From positions 1,433-65,432 of the forward strand of contig CALRFQ010000002.1 in assembly GCA_943356675.1 (NCBI GenBank): a stretch of DNA of 64,000 nucleotides. The letters run 5' to 3'. Shown here piece after piece: positions 10,198-19,640 of this stretch (positions are counted from its first letter, which is position 1; each line of letters starts with the position of its first letter). Both the position numbers and the translations under genes were made by a program. The notes beneath the pieces are model-generated. The model made no database searches, was not told where the DNA came from, and saw only the letters and a program-made list of their open reading frames with translations. This DNA is from Candidatus Nomurabacteria bacterium (GTDB taxonomy: Bacteria > Patescibacteriota > Minisyncoccia > Phycocordibacterales > UBA9973).

Positions 10198-11418
10198 ATG
10201 GAAAACATAATCACAAAAGTATTTGCAGAAGAAATAAAGGACTCAAGAGGAAATCCTACACTTAAGGTTACCGTTTACTGTGGCGACACGGATGCTAGCT
10301 TTTCTGTGCCGTCTGGCGCGAGTACTGGTATGCACGAAGCACACGAGCTTCGTGACGAAGATGGTAAAGGTGTAGAGAATGCCATCATGAAAATTAATGA
10401 AGACATTTCAAATTTACTTGTAGGTGAGAGTGTACTTGATCAAAATAATATAGATCATAAAATGATAAATTTTGATGGTACACCAAACAAGGTTAATTTA
10501 GGTGGAAATTCTATGATAGGAGTGAGTATCGCTTGCGCGAAAGTTGCTGCCAAGATTTCAGATTTGGAACTATATGAATATTTGCGTACTATTGCCGAGA
10601 TTAAGCCTTCAAGAAAGGTGCCACACTTATATATGAATCTTATAAATGGTGGTAAGCACGCAAAGAACAATCTGGCTTTTCAGGAGTATCATATTGTCAC
10701 TGACACAGATAATATAAAAGATGCTGTAGAGATAGGAATAAATATTCAGAAAACTTTAAACGAGATTATTGAAGAAGATTTAGGTGATGATTCCTTAACT
10801 CTTGGTGATGAAGGTGGTTATGCGCCACAAATATCAGATATAAGGCAGCCCTTAATGTATCTACAAGAATCTATAATTAGGAACAATCTGGAAGGTAAAG
10901 TGAGATTAGCTCTAGATGTGGCATCTTCATCCTTTTATAAGGATGGTAAGTATGAAGTTGATGGACAGCTAATTTCCAAGGAGGACTTGATGAATATTTA
11001 CGATTCACTTATATTGGAATTTAACTTACTTTCAATAGAGGATCCTTTTGATGAAGAAGATTTTGAAAGCTTTAGAAATCTTAAAAATGCTCATACAGAA
11101 ATTATCGTAATGGGGGACGATCTAACTGTTACAAATAAGACTTTACTTACTAAAGCCATAGAGAACAATTCCATAAATGCGATGATAATAAAGCCAAATC
11201 AAATTGGCACACTCACTGAGACACTCGATACAATGAAGCTAGCGAGAGAAAATAACATTGAGCTTATAGTAAGTCATAGAAGCGGGGAGACAGATGATGA
11301 TTTCATTGCAGATTTGTGTTATGCATTTTCTTGCTTTGGGCTCAAATCTGGCTCACCCATTAAATCTGAAAGAATGGTAAAATACGAAAGACTTATTAAA
11401 ATATCAGAAATTATATGA
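10198..11418 (+). CDS. eno: enolase
   Basis: [40 protein letters not shown]. Confidence 0.96.
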   Translation: MENIITKVFAEEIKDSRGNPTLKVTVYCGDTDASFSVPSGASTGMHEAHELRDEDGKGVENAIMKINEDISNLLVGESVLDQNNIDHKMINFDGTPNKVNLGGNSMIGVSIACAKVAAKISDLELYEYLRTIAEIKPSRKVPHLYMNLINGGKHAKNNLAFQEYHIVTDTDNIKDAVEIGINIQKTLNEIIEEDLGDDSLTLGDEGGYAPQISDIRQPLMYLQESIIRNNLEGKVRLALDVASSSFYKDGKYEVDGQLISKEDLMNIYDSLILEFNLLSIEDPFDEEDFESFRNLKNAHTEIIVMGDDLTVTNKTLLTKAIENNSINAMIIKPNQIGTLTETLDTMKLARENNIELIVSHRSGETDDDFIADLCYAFSCFGLKSGSPIKSERMVKYERLIKISEII

Positions 11419-12215
11419 ATTCAAAAGCACAAATAGTAGCGACAATAGGACCTGCCACAAAAGATAAAGAAATTTTAAAAGAAATGATTCTTCATGGTAT
11501 GGATGTGGCCCGGCTCAATTTCTCTTGGGGCACTTATGAAGAACATTCAAATTATATTAAAAATATTAAGGAGGTGTCGTTGGAATGCGGCAAAAATATT
11601 CCAATAATCCAGGATTTGTCAGGACCTCGAATTCAAGAAACGAATGGCCATGAATTCAACAATGAAGTAAGTCAAATTCTTACCGAAAAAGATTTAAATG
11701 ATTTGAAATTCGGAATCGAAAGTGGTGTGGATTATATAGCTATGTCATTCGTAGGTAGTGCTAGTGATGTGGTGCTCCTTAAGGATACAATGAATACGAT
11801 TGGGAAAGTTTTGCCAATTATTTCAAAAATTGAAAGAAAAATTGCTTTGAAAAATTTGGATGAAATCATAGCAGTAAGCGATGGAGTAATGATTGCTCGT
11901 GGAGACTTAGGGCATGAAGTTCCTATCGAAGAGATTCCATTTATTGAGAAGGATATTATTTCTAAATGTAAAGTTGCCAAGAAGCCAGTCATCGTAGCTA
12001 CTGAAATGATGCTCTCAATGGTGAAGAAATCTACACCTACGCGCGCTGAGATTACAGATATAGCATATGCAATTATAAACGGGGCAGATGCTGTCATGCT
12101 TTCGGAAGAGAGTGCACAGGGCGAGTACCCACTCGAAGCTGTGAAGATAATGGAGCTAGCTATAATAGAGGCTGAGAAGCACTTACCAAATTTCGATATT
12201 GTTAACTCATTGTAA
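11415..12215 (+). CDS. pyk: pyruvate kinase, short form (barrel domain only)
   Basis: [49 protein letters not shown]; only 266 aa. Confidence 0.88.
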   Translation: MNSKAQIVATIGPATKDKEILKEMILHGMDVARLNFSWGTYEEHSNYIKNIKEVSLECGKNIPIIQDLSGPRIQETNGHEFNNEVSQILTEKDLNDLKFGIESGVDYIAMSFVGSASDVVLLKDTMNTIGKVLPIISKIERKIALKNLDEIIAVSDGVMIARGDLGHEVPIEEIPFIEKDIISKCKVAKKPVIVATEMMLSMVKKSTPTRAEITDIAYAIINGADAVMLSEESAQGEYPLEAVKIMELAIIEAEKHLPNFDIVNSL

Positions 12216-12218
12216 TTT

Positions 12219-13286
12219 ATGCTCCAAGTACCATTTTATGACCCAGAGAAGAGTTATGAAGAAAATCTTAGCGATGGTCCGTTTGGAGCTTTTGCAGATG
12301 GAGAAATTTTAGATCAAAAAGGAGAACCAAATTTTAATTTTTTCGGACACAAAGTGTACTCACCGTTTGGAATTCCTGCGGGCCCGCTTATAAATGGGAA
12401 TTTCGTGCAAGCTGCGCTCGATAAAGGATTTGATATTGTGACATACAAGACCGTCCGCACTGAGGCTCACGTGTGCCATCCTTGGCCGAACATCCTAGGT
12501 GTGAAGATTGATGGCGACCTTACACTTGAGAAAGCAAAAGAGAATTTAATAGGTATTACAAAATATGAAGAGCCACTTTCAATAACCAATTCATTTGGCG
12601 TGCCTTCACTTAGTCCAGAAATTTGGAAAGAAGATATAAAAAATTTAATTAAGAATAAAAGAGAAGGTCAAGTGATCGTGGGAGCATTCCAAGGAACGAA
12701 AAAAGGTGATGGGGATGTTGATTCTTATATCAATGACTTCTGCAATGCTGCTAGAATGCTAAAGGAAGTGGGAGTGGAAATAATGGAGGTGAATCTGAGC
12801 TGCCCGAACGAAGGCACAGATAATTTGCTTTGCTATGATGTGGAGCGAAGTGTGAAAGTAGCGGAGGCGATAAAAAATGAAATTGGAGAAATCCCGCTAA
12901 TAATTAAAATTGCATACTATAAGGACGAGGAAATGTTTAAAAATTTTGTGAAAGAAATAGGTAGTATTGTGGATGGAATTTCTGCTATCAATACCATCGC
13001 TGCACCGATAGTAAATGAGAATGGAGAGCAAGCGCTACCAGGCGAAGGCAGAATGAAGAGTGGTGTGTGTGGGCACTCTATAAAATGGGCAGGGATAGAA
13101 ATGGTGAAAAGATTAAAGAGCCTTCGGGAAGAATTTGGATATAAATACACTATTGTGGGTGTTGGTGGGGTTACAGCACCAGAAGATTTCTTCGATTACA
13201 GAAATGCTGGTGCAGACATAGTAATGAGCGCCACTGGCGCAATGTGGAACCCGTATTTGGCGAAGGAAATTAAAGAACTACTCTAA
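12219..13286 (+). CDS. dihydroorotate dehydrogenase-like flavoprotein
   Basis: GIPAGP, EVNLSCPN, AINTI, VGVGGV FMN-barrel motifs. Confidence 0.8.
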   Translation: MLQVPFYDPEKSYEENLSDGPFGAFADGEILDQKGEPNFNFFGHKVYSPFGIPAGPLINGNFVQAALDKGFDIVTYKTVRTEAHVCHPWPNILGVKIDGDLTLEKAKENLIGITKYEEPLSITNSFGVPSLSPEIWKEDIKNLIKNKREGQVIVGAFQGTKKGDGDVDSYINDFCNAARMLKEVGVEIMEVNLSCPNEGTDNLLCYDVERSVKVAEAIKNEIGEIPLIIKIAYYKDEEMFKNFVKEIGSIVDGISAINTIAAPIVNENGEQALPGEGRMKSGVCGHSIKWAGIEMVKRLKSLREEFGYKYTIVGVGGVTAPEDFFDYRNAGADIVMSATGAMWNPYLAKEIKELL

Positions 13287-13390
13287 TAATAATATTGTAT
13301 TACAACACATTTTATCAAAAATGTGCTTTTTTGACATAGCCTGATTAATGTTATAAACTTACAAAAAATCTCACTTTAACAAATATTAAT

Positions 13391-14719
13391 ATGACTGACA
13401 CAAATGAAGTAACTAGAAAATTGTTCGTACTAGATACGAATGTAATTTTGCATGACTCTCAATGCATTTACAAATTCAATGAACATGATATTGTGATTCC
13501 AATCCAATGTATTGAAGAACTTGATACATTTAAAAAAGGATTGGAAACTATAAATTTCCATGCGCGTGATTTTTGTAGAATTCTTGATGAGTTGTCTTCT
13601 GACCACATTTTTAATGGTGGTATTAGTCTTGGTAATGGATTGGGTAATTTGAGAATTGCCTTGGCCAAGAACTGGGATGAAAAAGTTAAAAGTAATTTAC
13701 GTAATCAGACTGTAGATGCGGAAATCATTAACTTAGCTTATTTGCTTAAAATTGAACATCCTGATACTCAGGTTGTTATTGTTTCCAAAGATGTAAACCT
13801 AAGAATGAAAGCAAAAGCATTAGGTGTACTTGCACAGGATTTTCTTTATGAGACAGTAATTAATACTGATATTCTCACTAGGAAAGTTGAAATCATTGAG
13901 GATGTGGAGCCTGAAACCATAAATTCATTGTACTCAAATAAAAACAAAAAGGTTGAGTACCTAATACCTAACGCAATGCCGAATCAGAATTACATTTTGA
14001 TGGGTGCAAATAAAACTGCTATGGTGGTCTACAAGGATAATTCAGTGAGAGTGATTTCTAAGGATAAGCAAAATGCATTCTCTGTTCACGCAAAAAATTC
14101 TGAGCAAGCTTTTGGTATTGACGCATTGTTTGATCCTGAAATCAGCTTAGTGACCATAGAAGGTAAGGCCGGAACTGGAAAAACTATTGTTTCTATTGCT
14201 TCTGCTTTACAGCAGTTGTATGAAAATACATACGATAAGATATTCTTTTCTAGGCAGACAATATCCGTAGGTAATCGTGAAATAGGATTTTTACCAGGCG
14301 ACGCGAAAGATAAAATTTCACCTTTTATGAACGGTATGTATGACAATCTCGACTATATTAAATCACTAAGCAAAAATAATGATGAGAGGATTAAATCTTA
14401 TGTTGAAAACGAGAAGCTATTGATTGAGCCACTAGCATTTATTAGAGGCCGAAGTTTGAATAAGGTATTCTTTATTTTGGATGAGGCTCAAAATCTTACC
14501 CCACATGAAGTGAAAACAATTGTGACTCGTGCCGGTGAAGGTACTAAGATTGTTCTCATTGGTGATACAAGGCAAATTGATCACCCATATCTTGACCAAA
14601 GATCAAATGGCTTTAGTTATTTGATACAAAAGTTTCAAGGTCAATACTGTTACAGTCATATTCATCTTATTAAAAGTGAAAGATCTCCATTGGCCGGATT
14701 GGCTGGTGAATTGCTTTAA
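13391..14719 (+). CDS. PIN-PhoH (PhoH2-like) protein
   Basis: VLDTNV PIN domain, GKAGTGKT, GFLPG, RGRSL, DEAQN, GDTRQID. Confidence 0.92.
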   Translation: MTDTNEVTRKLFVLDTNVILHDSQCIYKFNEHDIVIPIQCIEELDTFKKGLETINFHARDFCRILDELSSDHIFNGGISLGNGLGNLRIALAKNWDEKVKSNLRNQTVDAEIINLAYLLKIEHPDTQVVIVSKDVNLRMKAKALGVLAQDFLYETVINTDILTRKVEIIEDVEPETINSLYSNKNKKVEYLIPNAMPNQNYILMGANKTAMVVYKDNSVRVISKDKQNAFSVHAKNSEQAFGIDALFDPEISLVTIEGKAGTGKTIVSIASALQQLYENTYDKIFFSRQTISVGNREIGFLPGDAKDKISPFMNGMYDNLDYIKSLSKNNDERIKSYVENEKLLIEPLAFIRGRSLNKVFFILDEAQNLTPHEVKTIVTRAGEGTKIVLIGDTRQIDHPYLDQRSNGFSYLIQKFQGQYCYSHIHLIKSERSPLAGLAGELL

Positions 14720-14822
14720 TTAGCAACAAGTTTATAAAAAGCCCTTCTGTTACTCAGGAGGGCTTTTTTTTGATATTATTTATGTTTTGTGGTAAATTGA
14801 AGAAAAAATAAATACCACTGCC

Positions 14823-15278
14823 ATGGAAACTAAAATTACCATCGTAAATCAAGGAAAAAAGAAGCTCTTTCTTTTTGGAGAGCAAGAATTTTTTGAATCA
14901 ATCGATATTGAGGATTTTGTCCCTCATGGGGCGGAAGACTTAATTTTAACTTTTTGTATTATTAGAGGTGAAATTATAATCGATAAAGGAAGTTTTGTGA
15001 CCAATTATCTTGGTCATCGGTACTTCAACTCAGAGAATATTTTTGCTTCAGCCTGGGGTGATGTTGCCGGTGATACAGTCAATTGCTCGCTCTGCTTTCA
15101 ACCAAGAATGTTTGAAGTAGGAGACACTATTGTCTTTAAGCACAACACTTCTTTTCATGAATTACTGAACTGTAATAATATGAAAGTTTTCGATGAGTAC
15201 ACATATAATGTTTTGCATTCTAATGCATACCATTTGAGAAGATCTATGCTATTACGGCGCAGAAAGGGTACAATGTAA
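14823..15278 (+). CDS. hypothetical protein
   Basis: 151 aa ORF between terminator-like hairpins. Confidence 0.55.
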   Translation: METKITIVNQGKKKLFLFGEQEFFESIDIEDFVPHGAEDLILTFCIIRGEIIIDKGSFVTNYLGHRYFNSENIFASAWGDVAGDTVNCSLCFQPRMFEVGDTIVFKHNTSFHELLNCNNMKVFDEYTYNVLHSNAYHLRRSMLLRRRKGTM

Positions 15279-15382
15279 TCCAACTAAAACAAAACAGCCA
15301 GCTTCTATCGAAGCTGGTATTTTTGTATGTTGCTCAAACAACCTTTTTGTGTTATTTTATATATGCATTTAATGATGTGTAT

Positions 15383-15454
15383 GGCCCTATCGTCTAACGG
15401 TTAGGACATCGCCTTCTCAAGGCGGTAATCAGGGTTCGATTCCCTGTAGGGTCA
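15383..15454 (+). tRNA. tRNA-Glu (anticodon CTC); CCA not encoded
   Basis: Cloverleaf GGCCCTA..TAGGGTC-A, anticodon arm CGCC-TTCTCAA-GGCG, T-loop GGTTCGATTCC. Confidence 0.93.
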
Positions 15455-15670
15455 CAAATTTTTGCGGAGCACAAAATTTGTGATTTTTAAGCATAATCGG
15501 AATTATGTTTAAAAAGAATCGAAAGCCGGAGTGCGACGGCACGAGGCGGGGTCGCGAGCTTTTCTACGAAGAAAAGACTTGTGACCGAAAGCGTACTCGC
15601 GGTTCCCACAATCAGAAAAGTACCCGCGGCCGTAGGGCGAGATACTCCCTGTAGGGTCACAAATTTTTGC
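15441..15670 (+). repeat. 25-bp direct repeat of the tRNA 3' end flanking a 180-bp GC-rich insert
   Basis: TCCCTGTAGGGTCACAAATTTTTGC at 15441-15465 and 15646-15670. Confidence 0.85.
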
Positions 15671-15727
15671 ATTTGACTCCTTAAGATATCCTTGGTAGCA
15701 TTTAAGTAAATTAATAATTTCTATTGT

Positions 15728-15898
15728 ATGGGTGATACTGAATTCGACAGTCACGCCTTGGATAGGGTGCCTACTGTCAACACTCCAAATGATGCAACCG
15801 ATGATGAAGATGAATTAGATGATTTACCGGTAAATCAAATTAGAGAAGAAGATGTGCCTCATAATGATATTACAAGGCACGATGATGATGACGATTAG
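15728..15898 (+). CDS. small acidic protein (56 aa), not in ORF track
   Basis: MGDTEFDSHALDRVPTVNTPNDATDDEDELDDLPVNQIREEDVPHNDITRHDDDDD*. Confidence 0.5.
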   Translation: MGDTEFDSHALDRVPTVNTPNDATDDEDELDDLPVNQIREEDVPHNDITRHDDDDD

Positions 15899-16023
15899 GA
15901 GTAGTATAAAGACTACTCGTACTACATTAAATTTCCTGGGATTTACACTCCCGGGAATATTTATTTTAGGTGATTTTAATAAAAGTGCTATAATTATTTT
16001 ACTTATAAATTAATCCAAATTAT

Positions 16024-17076
16024 ATGGCCACAATAAAAGAAAAGGGTAAGGGGAGAAACAATGATCATAAGATACATTCGAAAGGTCGCGTGAATCAGCA
16101 TCCTATAGCAATGTTTGCCTACGGAGAGGACAATGATTTTGCAGAAGCTATAGCCAAGAATTTGAAGATAAATATTACTCCTCGTTCGTTTAAAAGATTT
16201 CCTTGTGGGGAAGTGCTTTCTCATCAAGCCGAGACTGTGCGTGATACAGATGTGTTCATAGTGTGCCAGCCTCGCATGGGTGAGAAGCTGATGAATGATC
16301 TCTTTGCTTGCGGACTTTTCGTAAATGCTGTGCGCCAAGGTTCACCATACAGAATCACAGTGATGATGCCATACCTTCCATTCTCTCGGCAAGATAAATC
16401 CACGAATCATCGTGAGCCTATCCTTGCGCGCTTTGTGCCTGAGCAGCTCCGTGCTGCAGGAGCTGATGCTGTAGTAGTATTCAAGCTTCACAATCCTGCA
16501 AGTATTTCCACATTCCCAGGAATTCATATGGACAATGTGGACACAAATGACATTGTCTTAAATTATATTCGTACGAATCCTAAAACTTTTATTTTGAAGA
16601 AATCACAAATCGGTGCGCCAGACCTTGGCTCCACAAAGTCTTGCAAGAAGTATGCAGACCAGCTTGGCATCGGCCTCGTAATCATAAATAAGTCTCGCGA
16701 CCACAAAGCTATCAGCGTTTCAAACACACTCGACGTGCATGGAGACCTTGCGGGTAGCGACATAATCTTCATCGACGACATGGCAGACACTTGTGGTACT
16801 GCCAAGGGTGCAGCCATAGCTGCCAAAGAGCGCGGTGCACACAAGATCTTCTTCTTCGCTACACATCCTGTGCTTTCAGGTAATGCAATTGCAAATATAA
16901 ATGAAGCAGGCTTCGATGGAGTATTCTTCACAGACACTATTCCGCTTACAGATGAGCAAAAGAAGGGGATTAAGAATATAAAAATAATTTCTGTTAGCAA
17001 GCTCGCAGCTCAAGTGATAGACAACATTCACAATGGGCACTCAGTATCCGGTCTCTGGAACGGTGACAGATACTAA
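16024..17076 (+). CDS. prs: ribose-phosphate pyrophosphokinase
   Basis: PYLPFSRQDK, APDLG, IDDMADTCGT PRPP loop, ATHPVLSG. Confidence 0.92.
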   Translation: MATIKEKGKGRNNDHKIHSKGRVNQHPIAMFAYGEDNDFAEAIAKNLKINITPRSFKRFPCGEVLSHQAETVRDTDVFIVCQPRMGEKLMNDLFACGLFVNAVRQGSPYRITVMMPYLPFSRQDKSTNHREPILARFVPEQLRAAGADAVVVFKLHNPASISTFPGIHMDNVDTNDIVLNYIRTNPKTFILKKSQIGAPDLGSTKSCKKYADQLGIGLVIINKSRDHKAISVSNTLDVHGDLAGSDIIFIDDMADTCGTAKGAAIAAKERGAHKIFFFATHPVLSGNAIANINEAGFDGVFFTDTIPLTDEQKKGIKNIKIISVSKLAAQVIDNIHNGHSVSGLWNGDRY

Positions 17077-17111
17077 TTGACAAATATTCCTAAAGTAGTA
17101 GAATCCAAAAT

Positions 17112-17600
17112 ATGAAAAGATATATTATAGCTACAAGTATATTCGTACTCGTTTTAGGGATTGGCTTATTTGGCACTCCTAAAATTTCAAATGCATCATG
17201 GAGTATTAATCTAGGGTTTGGCGTAGGAGGTGGATCTTATGGTGGCTCATACAGTAATTACAACAATCCTTACTCATATGGTTCATATGGAAATAGTTAT
17301 TATGATCCATATTCTTACGGCAGTAGTTACTATGGTGGATCTGGATATTATGGAAGTAATTCAAATTCATATTACGGAAATAATTATGGAACTAGTTATG
17401 GTAATTATGGTAACTCTTATGGTGGTTATACTAATTCAAATAATTACGGAAATAATTACGGCACAAATTATGGTAACTCATATGGCAATTACTCAAATGC
17501 AAATAATTACAATCCTTACGGAGCCTATTCAAACTATTACGGATATTCATGCAGCGGTTGCAATGGTTCATACTACGGGCATCCTACAACAAACTATTAA
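17112..17600 (+). CDS. secreted Tyr/Gly/Asn/Ser-rich low-complexity protein
   Basis: Signal peptide followed by YGN/NNYG repeats. Confidence 0.75.
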   Translation: MKRYIIATSIFVLVLGIGLFGTPKISNASWSINLGFGVGGGSYGGSYSNYNNPYSYGSYGNSYYDPYSYGSSYYGGSGYYGSNSNSYYGNNYGTSYGNYGNSYGGYTNSNNYGNNYGTNYGNSYGNYSNANNYNPYGAYSNYYGYSCSGCNGSYYGHPTTNY

Positions 17601-17634
17601 TAAAAAATCCCCACAATATTGTGGGGATTTTATA

Positions 17635-18678
17635 TTATTCTAATTCGTGAGGCTTCTCTATTGTAAATGTTTCAAGCCCTGCGGATTCTCCTGTGATGCG
17701 GAGCACGTCTTTATCGAGCTTTTTAAATTCCTTTCCTGAGGCAGTGTAGTGGTTCACTACAGTCGCAAGTGATGTGCCGAGCTTTGAGTGGTATTCTTCA
17801 TAGCTCTTTAGGTGCTTGCCGAGTTCTTCCACACGCTTGATTATGTCCTTTGCTGTGTCTTCGATGGCGAGCGCACGGAGACCTTGGAGCACAGTCTGTA
17901 GGTATGCGAGGAATGAAGTAGGCGAGACGATGATCACTTTGTATTTCGATGCTGCACGTTGAATCAGATTCTCATCATCTTCACTTATGGCACCGACTTT
18001 GTTTATGAGTAGGTCGTAGTATATAGCTTCGTGGGGGATGAACATGAAGGCGAAGTCCATAGTGCCTTCTTCTGGCTTTATGTATTTCGCAGTCTCAGTA
18101 ATTCTATTCTTCAAATCGCCGACGAAAACTTTCTCAAGTCTGTCTTTTTCTGTCTTATCAGTAGCTTCAATCATACGATTGTAATTTTCGAGAGAGAATT
18201 TGGAATCGATAGGAATCACTTTATCTTTCACGAAAACGGCTGCGTCCACTATGTCGCCATTTTTGAATGCATACTGCATTTGGTAGCTACCATTTGGCAT
18301 AATATTTTTTAAGAGCGTCTCAAGGTAGTACTCACCGAGAATTCCGCGCTGTTTTGGATTCTTCAGAATATCTTGCAAGCTTTGGAGCTGATCTGTGAAA
18401 GAAACTACTTGCTTGTTTGTCTCTTCAAGGCGAGTGATCTTTTCTGTGATGTCTGCCACAATTCTCGTCGTCTCTGTGGATTGGTATCGCATAGATTCAT
18501 TCATGCTCTTGTTAGTATCTGTGAGCTTGCTGTCCACAGTGCGTGCGAGTTCATTGATCTGCGTGAGTAGCATCTGTAGTGAACCATCATCTTTCTTTTC
18601 TTCCGGCTTCACTAGGAACATCTTCGCCGCAATTATGAGCACGATAACCCCAATAATGATTATAAGTATTGTTTCCAT
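17635..18678 (-). CDS. rmuC: DNA recombination protein RmuC
   Basis: N-terminal TM, coiled coil, RGILGE, IDSKF, KYIKP..TMDFAFMFIPHE, SPTS. Confidence 0.93.
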   Translation of the reverse strand: METILIIIIGVIVLIIAAKMFLVKPEEKKDDGSLQMLLTQINELARTVDSKLTDTNKSMNESMRYQSTETTRIVADITEKITRLEETNKQVVSFTDQLQSLQDILKNPKQRGILGEYYLETLLKNIMPNGSYQMQYAFKNGDIVDAAVFVKDKVIPIDSKFSLENYNRMIEATDKTEKDRLEKVFVGDLKNRITETAKYIKPEEGTMDFAFMFIPHEAIYYDLLINKVGAISEDDENLIQRAASKYKVIIVSPTSFLAYLQTVLQGLRALAIEDTAKDIIKRVEELGKHLKSYEEYHSKLGTSLATVVNHYTASGKEFKKLDKDVLRITGESAGLETFTIEKPHELE

Positions 18679-18802
18679 AGATATATTTTAGCATAAAAGT
18701 ATAAATCTTATTTGTTTATATATGTGAATACATAAGTATGTACTAATTGACTTTAAGTCATAATTATGATATAATATCAAAAAATTAACATATATTATAG
18801 TC

Positions 18803-19633
18803 ATGTCAGAAATTCAAAAAAAGGAAAATGATAACAGTGAGTTGTCATCCCAAAATCAAGCAGAAATCATTACTGTTCAGAAATTACAATCACCAACTTT
18901 TTTAAAAAAAATGTTGCATGAGTTAATTGAGATCATTAACAAAAGAAAAGTTACCGTAAGCGACATTGTCGTTTACACTAGAATTAAGCATCAAGAAGTA
19001 ATAGATGCAGTATCTATTGCAATCTCCGAAGCTGATGCTGAGACTGCCGCTTCTTTATTTAACTACTTGGATCACATGTTTAAAAGTGAGGTTCTTGTAA
19101 AGGATGGAACAGATTTAAATGTATCCGTCTTTAATAAAGTCGAGGAATTGTACCCGAGCGAACTACCGAAGTATTTTATGTACCACTACAAAAAAGTAGT
19201 ACAAAGTTTGTACACTTTTAAGTTTACTGAAATTTCTGGTGAATTTATTGAAAATTTCGTAAATTTTGTTAACCAGATGCCTGTACTTATCCGAAAGGAT
19301 ATCTTTAAGGAAATGAATATTAAAATGATCTATCTAATTGCAGTTTTTGAAATTAGCTGGGTCAACGGTGGAAACAAATCTGAAGAACAAGAATTATACA
19401 ATTTAATTCGTGGTCATCATATTATTCCAATCGATTTTAATTTTTTATTCCTGTTGCAGGAGATTGCTCCTGATAGATATGATGAACTTTGCCGAGAGCT
19501 CTTAAACAGCGATTGGGAATTTTTACGCAATATCTTCTATGAGGGACATGGTTTCGAAGAGTATAACGAAGCTATGGGTTCATTCGACAAAGATTCAAGT
19601 TCTGGTTCAATGGGTGAAATATTTACTAAATAA
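18803..19633 (+). CDS. hypothetical protein
   Basis: 276 aa ORF after TTGACT..TATAAT promoter. Confidence 0.65.
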   Translation: MSEIQKKENDNSELSSQNQAEIITVQKLQSPTFLKKMLHELIEIINKRKVTVSDIVVYTRIKHQEVIDAVSIAISEADAETAASLFNYLDHMFKSEVLVKDGTDLNVSVFNKVEELYPSELPKYFMYHYKKVVQSLYTFKFTEISGEFIENFVNFVNQMPVLIRKDIFKEMNIKMIYLIAVFEISWVNGGNKSEEQELYNLIRGHHIIPIDFNFLFLLQEIAPDRYDELCRELLNSDWEFLRNIFYEGHGFEEYNEAMGSFDKDSSSGSMGEIFTK

Positions 19634-19640
19634 GCCGAAC

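Noticed and set aside
15487-15754. Minus-strand ORFs over the tRNA-linked insert
   Set aside because: Overlap a hairpin-rich repeat element; no protein features
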